A stretch of DNA of 63,979 bases, the filler included, from Malassezia furfur (Eukaryota), in NCBI GenBank assembly GCA_052055015.1. It is 6 parts of 6 records of this genome, joined end to end, with 100 filler letters (N's around TTAATTAATTAA, not from the genome) between each part and the next. Parts side by side here need not be neighbours in the genome. Positions count along the whole stretch, not along the records: positions 22,265 to 33,279 come from JBQJIT010000375.1; positions 33,380 to 44,380 come from JBQJIT010000376.1; 4 more parts are not named here. One strand, written 5' to 3'. Within the stretch, counting starts at the first letter, position 1, and each line of letters starts with the position of its first letter. The translations under genes were made by a program, and so were the position numbers. Under the pieces are notes generated by a model. It ran no database searches. It had not been told where the DNA came from and worked only from the letters and a program-made list of their open reading frames with translations. Shown here one piece after another: positions 22,265 to 34,047 of this stretch.

Positions 22265-25135
22265 ATGCTCGAGGCACGCGCCACGGCGCGTCGCCCGTCG
22301 CGGCCGACGCCATGACCGTGGCGAGCTCCGTGTTGTACTGCGCCTGGACACTGCGCTTGATGCGCACTGCGTCAGCCAAAAATACGTACACATCTCGCGG
22401 AAGGTATCCTCGGTGCCGCTCTCGATCTCGAACGCGTTCCACGCGTCCCAGAACGCGGGCTGCGTCTTGGGGTTGCACAGCTGGCTCGTGTGGGCATAGA
22501 TGGCACGTGCACGGTCCACCTCGCCGAGCTTGCGCTCCATCGCCGCAAAGCGCTGCCCGATGCGCGCCGCCTCGCGGTCGGGCAGCGACTCGAGCGCCGC
22601 CTCGTAGATCGGGCGCGTTGCTGCCAGGCCGTAGTGCGTCGCGGCCTTGGCGAGGTAGAAGAGGTACATCGTGTAGCGGTCGCCCGCAGCCACCGCGCGC
22701 GTCGCACGCTCGTAGATCGACATCGCCTTGCGCAGCAGGCCATGCTCCTCCTCGAACGCGCCGTACTGCATGTAGATCATCTTGGCAAACTTGGGCGGGC
22801 ACTTGTCGAGCGCCTGCTCAAACAGGTCGCGCGTGCGCTCCAGACGCGAGCCACCCTGGGTCAGTGTGCAGAGACGTACGTAGCGCTTGACAAACTTGCT
22901 CAGGTACACGTTCCACAGCTCGAACGCCACGGGGTAGGTGAACACCTCGACGCCGCGCTCGTACACCTTGAACGACTCTTCAAAGTAGTGCTGCTCCTCG
23001 AGGAACAGGGCATAGTTGAGGATCGTCTGTGCGTTGGCGATCTTCAGCTCCATGATCCGGTCAAACGCGTGCTTGGCACTGTCGAGCGACCCGAGCGACT
23101 CTTGCAGGTCGGTGTACAGGCCCCACACACGCAGGCTCTTGAACAGGCGGCTCTGCGGCGGAAGCGAGTCGTCGTAGTACGACACCGCCTTGATCTTGTG
23201 CTGCCCACTCGGGCCGCTCGTCGCGCGCGACAGGACGCGCAGCGCCTCGTCGTAGTGCCCGTGACGCACCTCCATCTCTGCCCAGCTGCACCACACCTCG
23301 GCCAAGTCGTCCACGCGCCGGAACGGCACCTTGACCGCTTTTTCGAGGATCTGCCGCGCGCCGGCCAAGTCGGCAACGGCGTGCGCGGGGTCGGTGCGGG
23401 CAGCCGCGCCGCCCTGCTCGTAGAAGCGCGCAAAGTGCAGGTACAACTGGTGCAGGTTGGGCGTTGCCTTGCGAGGGTTGATGGTGTCGATCGCCTGCTT
23501 GTAGGTCGCAACGACCTCGGCGTCGTTGTCGCCCCACAGCGCCACACGCTTCTCCCACTCTTGCACGTCGTCGGGGTTGCGCCGCAGCAGTACGTCGTTC
23601 ACCAAGAACGGGCGGCGCTCCATCAGCTCCTCAAACGCCTGCATCCGCCGGTCGACTTCGGCCTCGCGCTCGGCGAGCGACGCGCCTTCCTCCTCCTCCT
23701 CGTCGTCCTCAGGCTCCGCCAACTCATCCATGAGGAAGCGGATCACGTTCTCGCTCGTCTCGGCGTACGCATCAAAGATCTGCGTAAAGTCGCGCACGGT
23801 CAGCACCTGCTTCATGCCCTGCTCAAACGTGTCGTGTGCCGCGTCAAAGTCGCCGCGCTTGATGTAGTACGTCGCGAGGCCCGTCCAGAGCCGGCCCGCC
23901 TGGTCGGGGAAGCGTGCCAACCCATCGCGCTCCACGATCCGCCGCACGGGCAGGCGCGCCGGGTTTTCGGCATCGTCCTCGGCGCGCGCCAACGCCGCGT
24001 CGTCGTCGGCCAATGCCGCCTCTTCTTCACGCGACAGACCCGTCTCCTCGGGGAAGCGCTCGGTCAGGTCCAGCCACTCGAGCAGCAGCTGGTACGCGCT
24101 CTTCCCGTCGGGGCTCGTGTACGTTCCTTCGAGCGCCCGTCGCGCAAGGCGCAGCAGGATCTTGGCGGCCTCGAGGATACGCCGCTGGGCAACGTCGTCG
24201 ACCTCGTCCTCCTCCTCGGCAGGTGCCTCGGCCCGCGCAATGCTGTTCTGTGCGCCGTCCGCATAATGCAGCGCACCAGCATGCTCCACGAGCATCGTCA
24301 CGTACCGCTCCGACAGACTGGGGTCGACCGCGAGGTAACGGCGCCACACTTTTTGCGCAACGATGCCGCCGCACAGCTCGGCCCACCGCAAGTACACCTT
24401 CCACACGCGCAGGTGGAGCGATCCGGGCAGCGTGCGCAGCGCGCGGTCAAACGTGCGCCGCGCATGCGTCCGCGACAAAGCCGGCGAGCACTTGGGGTGC
24501 ACAAACAGCGCAAGGTAGTCGAGCCACAGCCGCGGCATCGTCGGGAGCCACATGAGCGCACGCTCATACGCGGCCGCAAGGCTGCGCCACTCTTGCCAGC
24601 CAAGCACGCCGTCGAGGCCAAACTCGTACACATTCGCCTCCTCTTCGGCCTTGCGCGCGTCGAGGAGCGTCGGGCCCATCTCGGACACGTGGTTCGTCTG
24701 CAGCATGCGCTTGCGCGCCGCCGCGGCGCCACCGCGCATCTCGCCCAGCACAAAGCGCGAGCGCGCATCCAGGTAGCGGTGCCAGAGGCGGTACGAGCGG
24801 GGGAACTGCGCCAGCGCACGTTCGTACACACTCACGATGCGCTGCAGCGCGAGGCGCTGCGACGCGTCCGAGAGCAGCCCCAAAAGCTGTACGCCCTCGG
24901 ACGACATGCCCGCGTCGGGCAGTGGGCGCTTGCGATAGTTGGTCTCCTCGACATGCGCAATGTACGAGTTCCACGTGCGGAAGTTGTCCGGGTTGCGCAG
25001 CAGCTCCTGCTCGAGCACGAGGTCGTCCGTGGGCACGAGCCCGTCGTGCGTCGCCGGCGACGGCACGGGGAACGTCAGGGGAAAGAGCGACTCGTACCGC
25101 GCATACTCGGACGCGCCCTCCGCCGCGGTCGCCAT
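22265..25135 (-). CDS. SYF1: NTC splicing factor Syf1/XAB2 (HAT repeats; 3'-truncated); introns 22856..22879 (24 nt), 22367..22389 (23 nt)
   Basis: EQELLRNP, RRTFDRALRTLP, LMERRPFLVNDVLLRRNPDDVQEW, QSRLFKS, and spliced EDTFREMLRIKRSVQAQYNT. Confidence 0.95.
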
Positions 25136-25199
25136 CGCGTCGTCGTCGTCGTCGAAGCGAATCTCGGCCGATGCGAAGTGGAGGCGCCCGCTTCGCGAC

Positions 25200-25808
25200 A
25201 TGCCGCGCGGTGCGCCGCAGCGTGTGGGGTCGCGCGTGTCGATCCCGGTGAACGTGCCGGACGACGAGCTGGATGCGTACATCACCGAGATGATCCTTGC
25301 AGAGGCCCAAGCAAGCGAGGCGGCATACGCGCGCCGCGGGCCAGCCGCCGAGGCGTTCGCGAGCACGTCGGCGCGGTCGGCGCCGCCGGCGCGCACCAAC
25401 AAGCGCTTCCTCGCGACGATGATCCGCAGCGTCGACGCCCATAATCAGCGCCAGGAGGCAAACGAGGCACAGGCATCGCAGCGGCGCGCACACGCGCGCA
25501 CCGCTGACCACCGCGCAGGGGTCCGGCACGCGCGCGCAGGGCTCGACCGCTTCGTCCAGCGCGCCTTGGCCGACCGCTCCGGCACCCGTGCGGGCCGCGA
25601 GGCAAGCCCGGAGCGGCCCACACGCGCTCCCACCGAGCGCACGCGCTCCACCAGTCGGTGGGACCAGGGGCCCGACGATACCGCCACCGACGTCGCTCGG
25701 CGGCGCAACGCACCGCCGCCATCGCGCCGGTCGCCTTCCTCGGAGCCCGAGATCGGGCCGCAGCCCGCACCGCCCGTACGTCTATGGGACCTAGGAAAAG
25801 GAGCGTGA
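25200..25808 (+). CDS. Conserved fungal hypothetical nuclear protein
   Basis: Motifs DDELDAYITEMIL, TNKRFLATMIRSVDAHN and terminal VRLWDLGK resemble a small fungal family often linked to splicing. Divergent from SYF1. Confidence 0.6.
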   Translation: MPRGAPQRVGSRVSIPVNVPDDELDAYITEMILAEAQASEAAYARRGPAAEAFASTSARSAPPARTNKRFLATMIRSVDAHNQRQEANEAQASQRRAHARTADHRAGVRHARAGLDRFVQRALADRSGTRAGREASPERPTRAPTERTRSTSRWDQGPDDTATDVARRRNAPPPSRRSPSSEPEIGPQPAPPVRLWDLGKGA

Positions 25809-25809
25809 T

Positions 25810-28066
25810 TTAGGAGCTACGGGCGCGGTAGGCCAGCACGGCGACCAGAAGAGCACATAGCGCCGCTAGCAGCAAGATACCCTGCATCGAGTCGCGCGCG
25901 CCCGCGCCTTGGAGCGTCATATGGTGCACGGCACCGGGCGTGTGCACCGCGTGGTAGATGTACAGCGTCTGCTCCTCGGGCACGTACTTGTATATCCCGT
26001 CGCTCACCTGTACCTGCGGCACATGGTCGCGGAAGAGGTAGTCGGGCACGTACACCTCGGTCGGTGCACGGCAAGCCTCGGGCCCATTGCGCCAGGAAAA
26101 GTGCAGGGTGCACCGCTGCGCATTCCACGCAGTCAACACCGGGATGCCCGCCACCTTGCATGCGTACGGACGCAGGACGGCGTCGAGCGCGCGGCCGCCT
26201 CGGTACAGGGCCTCGTGCGCACGCGCATTTTGGCGGTCGGCGGCGTTCGCCTCAAAGTTGACCAATGAAAAGTCTTCCTGGTTCCAGCCGTCACCGAGCT
26301 CGACCGTATTGGCAGGGTTGTAGTTCCACAGCGTAAACGAAATCAGGTTGCGTTCGAGGCCAGAGACAAGCGCAGAGAGCAGCGTACGCTGCACACTGTA
26401 GTCGCCCGGCGTGCGCCGCAGCGTATCGTTCACGTCGAACGGAATGCCGACCTCGCCAACGACGATCGGCACCTCGCCCAGCGCCGCATACCCACGTTGC
26501 GTAAGCTGCCGCAGCTGGTAGTAGTAGTTGCGCGCAAGACCGCGGGCGCCAAAGTAAAGCGCACACAGGATAAACATGCCGCGGCTCAGGCCCTGCACAT
26601 TGACGCTCATCCCGCGATACGCCTTGAAGAAGAGGACATTCAAGTCGTAAAAGTGGGGCCCGTACACAAGGTTGGCAGGCTGGGCCTCAGGGATCACGGG
26701 GGCGGACGCCGCGCCCTGCGGCTGGGCGCTCGGCCCCCAGCGCGGCATAAACTCGTTGGGGATCGGCTCGACGAGCAGGAGCGCCGTGGGGGCAACGCGA
26801 TGCAAGCTGTGTGAGTCATGGCACCTACCGCTCGGCAAATGCCTGGATGAATGGCGCATAAAAGTCGCGGTAAAACTCGACGCGGCGCCGTCCGTGTCCG
26901 GGGCGCGGGTCGACGGAAAAGTAGTCGGCCTGCAGCACCACCGGCTTTTGGTTCTTCTCGTTCCATGCCCACACGCCATGCTCGCGCCAGATACATCCGT
27001 CGCTCCGCCGCGTGCTGGGGAAGGGGGCAGTGGCCCGGTCAATCCACACACGCGACCTCGGCGCGATGTGGGTGCGGTGCGACATGCGGGAGGGGAACGG
27101 CCAGGACTTAACGTAGAACGGAATGTCCTGCGCATACCCATCCCCTAGCGCAAAGCTCTCAAGGGCCGAGGGGTAGTGGCCGATGTGCAGGTCTGTTTCG
27201 TAGCACCACTGGTCAAAGGAGTACAGATTGATGTAGCCACGGTGCGGCTCGTTCATCAGGTCAAAGCCAGCAAGTGCGCGGCACGAGCGGAGCGCCTCGG
27301 CAAGCTGCGCAAACGCCTCGATGTACGATGCCTGCAGAAAGTCTTGGATGTTTTCCGGCTGCGCACGGCCCGCATGGTCGGTGGTGATGCACAAATTCGG
27401 CGCAAATGTCTTGCCGCCCCAGAAAAGCGTCGCCATGGTCGCAGGCGCCATCTTTTGGTAGCCTGACGGCCAGTTGAACGGGCCGGTGGGCTCCTCCTTG
27501 CCCGCCGGCGGCACACTGGTCAGGGCTTCGCCGCCCGCGTCGGGGACCAGCGCCGTGGCCGTCGCGTTCAGCCGGCGTGGGTCCAGGCCAGCGGCAACCA
27601 GCGTCCATCCTGGTGCACCGCTGCCACCGCACAACCGGCTCCATACATCCTGGTGCGCGCATACGATGCATTTCAGCCCAAACTCGTCCATGATCGCAAA
27701 GAGGGCTTGGAGGTAGGCGACGTAGTCGGCATCAATGTCATATGCAGGACACGGTCCCGCATGCGACAGCGCCTCCCATGTCACCAAGAGGCGAACGAGG
27801 GTCAGTCCCCACTGCTTCAAGCGTGCAAAATGCTCGCGCGCCTCGGCGAGCGGGAAAGGGCGGTCCACAAACGACACCTGCGTATGGTCCACGTAGGCGT
27901 CGCCGGCAGAACTCGGGCTGCGTCAGCGATACACGCACAGCTTGCTCACGCCGGCGAGGTTTACGCCGCGCAACAATAGCGTGCGCCCGAGCTCGTCGGC
28001 AAGGTGCCGTCCACGGCGCCTCAGGCGGCCGCCCAGGGCCGCGAAGCTTAGATCGGCAGCTGGCAT
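25810..28066 (-). CDS. GH5 endoglycoceramidase-related steryl-/ceramide-beta-glucosidase (Egh1/EGCrP family) with C-terminal TM; introns 27918..27938 (21 nt), 26807..26828 (22 nt)
   Basis: GRTLLLRGVNL, SFVDRPFPL, VTWEAL.H.GP, HQDVWSR..GGSGAP, acid/base MNEPH, nucleophile GEVGIP, WNY and WNQEDFS. Confidence 0.88.
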
Positions 28067-28090
28067 GATGTGTGGAGAAGCGGCGCATTT

Positions 28091-29386
28091 TTACAAACGG
28101 TCTACGGAATCGGTGTCCGTCGACGACGTCTGGGGCGGAGGTGCGAGGCGGCCTGCGCGCGCACTCCGCCATGCCGGCGACGTGAGGGGAAGGGGTGTCA
28201 TGGGCGACTTGGTCGATAACGCATCGTGCTGCGACACAGAACGGCGAACACGGGATAGACTCGGTGTAGACAAAGGAGTGGGACGCGCGGCATAGAATGG
28301 CGTGGACCGCATTGGAGGCTCGGGGCGCGAGTACATGGCGCCATCGCCCATCTGAGACAGAGCGGCCGCTGAAGACTGCCGTGGGCTCGGCGAAGGGTGC
28401 ACGGAGGAGGCGTACCGTGGTGAGCCGGCCGGCAGCATATCGCGCGCGTTCACCGTCGCGCGCGGAGGGCTCATCATCCGCGCGGCTTCCTGACGTCGTA
28501 GTGCGCGTTCTTCCTTGCCGAGTGCAATGAGCGTGTCGGTGAGGCTGCGCACATGGTCGTCGCTGTACTTCAGCAGGTCGCTCAGGTTGGTGTCCAAGGT
28601 ATCCACGAGCCCTTCCATCGGCTCGTATGCCGGCTGCAAGGCCAGCGACATGCGTACTTCGAGCGATGCGCGGATGGTCTGTCGCAGTCCGTTGTTGACC
28701 TCCTCGGCGAGACATACCGCCGTGCCGAGCTGTTGAGCCAATTCCGAGGTAGGATCGGTTGTGCGTTCCAGCTGCTCGAGTGCCAACCGCAGATTCCGCG
28801 TGTGCGGCTCGACGGGGGCAGGTGTAGGGCTGCTGCGATGCGACGTCGAGCGTCGTAGCTGCGCGGGCGCCGTCGCGCTCCGAGGGGCTTGAGGAGGCCG
28901 TGCAATGCTCTGCATCGACGTGGATAGAAGGCGGTGCGAGAGGTCCGCGTGCAGGTACTCGTCACCAAAGTCGGGCTGCCCATCCGTACTCCGACGCGAC
29001 TCGATCGAGGCCCGGGGTAGGTGACCGGGGGTGGTTCGTGTGTCTGGCGCGATGCGCTGCGCATACGAGCTTGTGCGCCGGCGTGCCTGTGTGCTAGAAG
29101 GCGGTGAGACTGCCTCGCGAAGCACAGGCGCAGTGTACGTGGGCTCGGCGGCCGACGCCGGTGGGACGCGCGGGGCTGGAATGTCGCCCCCCGCGTCCAT
29201 ACTACGGCGTGCGCGGCGGTACTTGGCGGCGACCGAGGGAGATTCACTGCCATCCTTGTGCTCCAGCGCACGGGACGTGTCGGCGTCGATTGCGCGCGTG
29301 ATTTTGTCCGCGAGGCGCGCGATCTCCGACTCGTGCTGCTCGCTTCGGCGCATGGAGGATGGAGGCGTGTATGGCACAGCGTGCAT
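28091..29386 (-). CDS. Hypothetical Ser/Pro/Arg-rich protein with central helical segment; start uncertain
   Basis: Long open frame with helical block LDTNLSDLLKYSDDHVRSLTDTLIAL. Confidence 0.5.
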   Translation of the reverse strand: MHAVPYTPPSSMRRSEQHESEIARLADKITRAIDADTSRALEHKDGSESPSVAAKYRRARRSMDAGGDIPAPRVPPASAAEPTYTAPVLREAVSPPSSTQARRRTSSYAQRIAPDTRTTPGHLPRASIESRRSTDGQPDFGDEYLHADLSHRLLSTSMQSIARPPQAPRSATAPAQLRRSTSHRSSPTPAPVEPHTRNLRLALEQLERTTDPTSELAQQLGTAVCLAEEVNNGLRQTIRASLEVRMSLALQPAYEPMEGLVDTLDTNLSDLLKYSDDHVRSLTDTLIALGKEERALRRQEAARMMSPPRATVNARDMLPAGSPRYASSVHPSPSPRQSSAAALSQMGDGAMYSRPEPPMRSTPFYAARPTPLSTPSLSRVRRSVSQHDALSTKSPMTPLPLTSPAWRSARAGRLAPPPQTSSTDTDSVDRL

Positions 29387-29662
29387 GGACCTCCACTGCC
29401 ACCGGCGCCACGCGCGGAGGGCCGTGCGAATCCATACAAGTGGGGTGCCGAAAGCAAGTCGGAGACATCGTTGTGTTGGATATGATATAGCTCTATCACA
29501 CTGACTGCAAAAAGCACTACAGGAAGCGAACAAAATCATCTGCAATAGTCTTTAATGAATGCAAAGCACGCCGGGTATCTACGGCTGGGAACAACAAGGA
29601 AGGTCCAGTCAACTTCATCAGGAGCGGCAAAGCATCAACATTATCCGACAAATGATCACAGA

Positions 29663-31834
29663 TCAGTTGTTGACGATCTGCTGCACTTGCTTGACAATGT
29701 CTTGCTCCAGACTCTGCAATCCGTTGTTGAACTTCTTCTTGTACGAGCTCCGGGTGTGGGAGCTCAGCACCTTGTTGCTGGTGTAGTAGCTCAGAGTGTC
29801 GGACAAGTACTGTTCAATGAACCCAACGCGGGAAAGCGTCAGTTGTGCTGCCATAGTTTGGGCCGTAATGAACCCGTCAGCGTACCCGAGATCTCCTGCG
29901 TTCCTTTCCGAGACGGCGCGCTTGTTCACCAAGTGCGCCGCGCGCGCCGCCGGACCACCGCCGACCAGCGTGGTCTCGGTGCGGCGCGAGTGGCTGTGGC
30001 TCGACGAACCCGAGTGCTTCGAGTGCTTCGAGTGGCTCGAGTGGCTCGAGTGGCTCGAGTGGTGACCCGAGTGACCCGAGTGGCTCGAGTGGCTGTTGCC
30101 ATGGCTGCTGCTCGTTGTCGACTTACCGTGCTTGCTCTTCGAGTGTCCATGGTGCGAGTGCGAGCTGGGGTGGCTGCTCGAGTGGCTCGAGGTGCGCACC
30201 TCAGCAACGCGCGCGTTGGCGTTGCGCGCCGAGCTCGAGGTCGGGCCCGACTGCGCCGTGCACGCGCTCGACTTGCTGCTCGTCGCGATGTTCATGCTGG
30301 TGCGCGCGTCGCGGTACGACGTGGGCATCTGCACGCTGCTGATCGAGTCCGAGACCGAGTCGATCGTCTTGTTGGACACCTTGTCCGAGAAGCCCCAGAC
30401 GTTGTACGAGTTGTCCATGTAGCCCGGGAGCGCCGCCTTGAAGCACCAGCCGGCATTGTCCTTGCAGTTCTCCATCGTCCAGCTCCAGAACAGCGCACCC
30501 GCCGTGGCGTTGCGGTAGGTGTCCGTCTGGGCCTGGCAAAAGTCGGAATAGGCCGTCTTGTGGTGCTTCGAGCTGCGCAGCGAGTTGGGGTTCAGAGCGC
30601 ACGACCATTCACCGACCACCATGTTGCCACGCGCGGTCTTGGCCATACCCTGCATCGAGGTGAGGATCTGGCCCTTGATCTGCGACGTGTGCTGGTTGGC
30701 AGTCATGCTCTGGTCCTGCTTGGTGTACACGTAGTAGCTGTGCGTGTCCTGCACGACAAAGTCGGTGCGTTTCGAGGCAAACTCGGCGCCCTGGCTCGGG
30801 CTGAAGGCGTCGTGGAAGTACAGCGGCACCTCCTTGCCATAGCTGTTTACCTTGCGCATCTGGTTCATCGTGCTGTTGTACCACGTCCACAGCTTGTCGT
30901 TGTTCTGCGGCTCGTTGAGCAGCTCAATGCCGACCACGTTGGTGACGTTGGCAAACTGCTTCGTGAGGTACAGCAGGAACTCGGTGGTGCGCTCCATGTT
31001 GTTGCCCGAGTAGAAGCCCACCTTGCCCGTCGAAAAGCCCGAGTGCGCCTGGTCGTTCTGCGCGCCGTAGGCGGCGTGCAGGTCGATCAGAACACCGATG
31101 TTGTACTTGTTCGCCCAGTGGATGGCACGCTTGACGTACTTGAAGGCGTTCTGGTAGACGCTCGCGTACGGCTCGAATGCGGTGTCCTTGACCCAGTCCG
31201 GACCAGCCGACCAGTAGCCAATGGGCATACGAACCGTGTTAACGCCAACCGACTTCATCGCCTTGAAGTCGTCCTCCGTGATCCACGTGTCCCAGTGCTT
31301 CTCCATCGTGGCACGCGCCGACTGCAGACCGTCGCTCGAGGTGCCGTAGCCGTTCACAACGTCGTACTCTGCCGACTTGCCACCCGAGGCACAGGTGAAC
31401 ATCGAGGGCGCCATCCAGCTCTCGAGCACGAACCACGAGCCGACGTTGACGCCCATCTGCTCGCGGTAGCGCAGCATGTTGGCGCGGCTCTTGTTGAAGC
31501 TGGGGAACTCGACGTTCAAGCTGTCCGACGGGGTGTACTCGTCCACCAGCGTGCAACCGTTGCTGCCGACCGTACGACCGCTCGAGCTGTTGTTGTTGCG
31601 GAAGTTGTGGCCGTTCTGCGACGACTGCGGCAGGTGCAGAATGGACGGCAGACCCCACGAGCTCTCGGGGTGGCTGCCCGAGCTAGTCTGCACCGAGGCG
31701 ACACGCCCGCCACTCGAAGTGGACTCGGTCGACATCGAGTTCTGCGTCACCGGCACGGGCTTGTAGTTGGCCGTCGCCAGCGAGAGCGACGAGGCCACGC
31801 GGGAGAAGTCGAATCCGGGAGAGAGGATTTGCAT
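29663..31834 (-). CDS. GH5 exo-beta-1,3-glucanase-like protein with His/Ser-rich insert
   Basis: GVNVGSWFVLESW, HWDTWITEDDF, VRMPIGYW, IDLH, IELLNEP (acid/base), VVGEWS (nucleophile) and FWSW. Strong codon bias. Confidence 0.9.
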   Translation of the reverse strand: MQILSPGFDFSRVASSLSLATANYKPVPVTQNSMSTESTSSGGRVASVQTSSGSHPESSWGLPSILHLPQSSQNGHNFRNNNSSSGRTVGSNGCTLVDEYTPSDSLNVEFPSFNKSRANMLRYREQMGVNVGSWFVLESWMAPSMFTCASGGKSAEYDVVNGYGTSSDGLQSARATMEKHWDTWITEDDFKAMKSVGVNTVRMPIGYWSAGPDWVKDTAFEPYASVYQNAFKYVKRAIHWANKYNIGVLIDLHAAYGAQNDQAHSGFSTGKVGFYSGNNMERTTEFLLYLTKQFANVTNVVGIELLNEPQNNDKLWTWYNSTMNQMRKVNSYGKEVPLYFHDAFSPSQGAEFASKRTDFVVQDTHSYYVYTKQDQSMTANQHTSQIKGQILTSMQGMAKTARGNMVVGEWSCALNPNSLRSSKHHKTAYSDFCQAQTDTYRNATAGALFWSWTMENCKDNAGWCFKAALPGYMDNSYNVWGFSDKVSNKTIDSVSDSISSVQMPTSYRDARTSMNIATSSKSSACTAQSGPTSSSARNANARVAEVRTSSHSSSHPSSHSHHGHSKSKHGKSTTSSSHGNSHSSHSGHSGHHSSHSSHSSHSKHSKHSGSSSHSHSRRTETTLVGGGPAARAAHLVNKRAVSERNAGDLGYADGFITAQTMAAQLTLSRVGFIEQYLSDTLSYYTSNKVLSSHTRSSYKKKFNNGLQSLEQDIVKQVQQIVNN
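29987..30190 (-). repeat. 9-bp degenerate repeats encoding SSH/SGH/SKH (His-rich tract)
   Basis: Arrays of gtggctcga, gtgcttcga and gtgacccga on the plus strand. Confidence 0.85.
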
Positions 31835-32089
31835 GATGTGGGATATTATAGGTGCCGACCAGCGGACCTAGAGATGCCGAAACAATGAAAGAGGAGATGG
31901 GTAAGAACGCTTCGCCCAGCGAATGCAGTTCGTGTGCCTAGGAACACCAGGTCGCCTAGACAAAGGGAATCGGATGGGTGGAGAAAGGAGCACGAGGTCA
32001 GTGCTTACGCTCGCTCCGAGGCAAAACCACGCCGCAAAGGGGGAAGGGAGGGGAGGAAGGATGGGGTTCGGCCGCGGCGCGCTCCATCG

Positions 32090-32096
32090 TTATATA
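32090..32096 (-). promoter_or_regulatory. Candidate TATA box (TATATAA) about 260 nt upstream of the glucanase ATG
   Basis: Only AT-rich element in a GC-rich intergenic region; followed by a pyrimidine-rich tract. Confidence 0.4.
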
Positions 32097-32276
32097 GCGC
32101 CTGCCTGCACCAAGCTTCGTTGAGCATCTACGGCGTGCGGTGCCGGTGTCGCGGCGGCGTCCTCGTGCATGAACTCCACACAACATCTACACGGCACCCC
32201 CTCCACTGGGAAGGTGGAGGCATCCGCCGGCCTACAAACTCTACGCCGCGTGTCACGAGGGTGCACGGGCGCTCGC

Positions 32277-33279
32277 TCATGCAGTGCCGTGCGTGCCAAG
32301 CGTTGGGAAAATGTGGCGGTGCATCACCACGAGGATCTTGACAAGGTGTGCGGCCTTGCCAAGACTGTGGAAGCCCTCGGCGACACTGCCCGACCCCGGC
32401 GGGGGGGACAGCAACGTGGAGCCAAACACGAGGCCGAGGTTGTGGGGCGCCATCAAGTTCACTTTGGAACTGCGCGCGACCGTGGCGAGGTGCGTCGCGA
32501 TGCGCTCGAGTGCGTGGTAGTGGCTGCGTGGGAATGCACGGACCAGATGACTCATGGCACGCACGCGGCGCGCCTGGTCGCCGATCTCTTCCGTTTCGAG
32601 TAGGCGATGGTAGAATGCGTACGGTACCACGGGCTCGGGCAGCTCGCGCAGCCACAGCTTGATGGTGCTTGCGATGACGTGCACGTCGATGCGCGCCAGC
32701 GCCGAGGCGCTCACCGGGCGCGTGCACAGCGCCTTGCGCAGCGCGTCGACCGACTGCTTCGCGCCCGAGATGCGGTAGATGCCCTGCTCGGTTATTCCGC
32801 GCGCCTCGACCTCGCGCAGCAGGCTCTCGATCGCAGGCGGCAGTGCGCTGCCCGTGCGTACGTGCAGCTCGCGCAGCGACACTTGGAAGAGCGCCGCGAC
32901 GTTCGCACGCCCCTGGTGCTCGGCGACCTGCGCCGCGTACTCGCCAGCGTCAAAGGACGCATCGACGCGTACATGCGGCACGGCCTGCAGCCGCGCAAGC
33001 CACTGGCAAAAGGCCCCGTAGTCGGGCACCTTGAGCGTGCACCGCGTGGAACTGGGCAGCACCAGCTCAAACACGTACGGGTGCCGCTCAAACGGCCACA
33101 CCCGGATCAGTGCGCCGGCGCACGCAAACGTGCTCGCGACGCGCGTGGTGGGCACCGCGGCAAGCAGCGCCTCGGACGGCGATGGCGCCGCAGGCTCCGG
33201 CTCCGGCGTCGGTGTGCGCAGCACGGGCGTGTCCAAAGCGCCGTCGAGCGGCGGCGGACGCGGCGCAGCGGGCGCCACC
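32277..33279 (-). CDS. RhoGAP protein, C-terminal PH-like plus GAP domains (5'-truncated)
   Basis: EVEARGITEQGIYRISG (arginine finger), TIKLWLRELPEP and NLMAPHNLGLVFGSTL. Confidence 0.88.
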
Positions 33280-33379
33280 NNNNNNNNNNNNNNNNNNNNN
33301 NNNNNNNNNNNNNNNNNNNNNNNTTAATTAATTAANNNNNNNNNNNNNNNNNNNNNNNNNNNNNNNNNNNNNNNNNNNN
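33280..33379. other. Artificial contig linker
   Basis: N44-TTAATTAATTAA-N44. Confidence 0.99.
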
Positions 33380-33996
33380 TGGCCCGTGGGCGAGACCGGC
33401 GCGGGGGCGGGCGGCGTGGGCGCCTCGGCCTGCTGCGGCGGCTTGTAGAGCCGCGCGGGTGAGGACGAATTCGCGAGCGCGCTGCGCCCTGCGGCGTAGG
33501 CGTTGGGCGACTGGAAGCGCAGCGAGTGCAGGTCGACGCCAGGCGACGTGGCCTGCGGGCCTCCCTGCTCTACGAGTGCGTCCTGGCCCTGTTTGGGCGT
33601 CTGCGGCAGCTCGGGCGTGCTGCCGAGGCGGTGCTGCGGCGGGAGGCGCATGCCGAGCCCCGCAATGCGTGCCTCGGAAAAGAAGGCGGCGTCGTTCAGC
33701 GGCTGCGCTGCCGGCCCGCCCGGCAGCGACGTGTCGCCGGGATGCAAGATGCCGAGTCCCGCGTTGGGTCGCTCGCCCTGGGGCATGGGCGAGAGGTCGG
33801 GGGCGCTCGCCAGCGAGGTATCTGCACTGCTCGTCGGCATCGGCTCGTGCTCCGACCGGCGCCCACGCAAGAAGCGCAGCGACCGCTTCGGCAACAGGCT
33901 GCGTGCACTCTTCTTGCTCGTCACCGACACTGCATCGTCGTCCTTGCGGGCCTTGGCATGCAGTGCCTCGATCGAGCGCGACTTGCGGAGAAACAT
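33380..33996 (-). CDS. Hypothetical protein, N-terminal part (3'-truncated)
   Basis: MFLRKSRSIEALH... open to the contig end; divergent from POP3. Confidence 0.55.
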
Positions 33997-34047
33997 GCCG
34001 ACGTCGCCGGTGCGCGGCAAGAAAGGGGCACACCTCCACAACCACAA

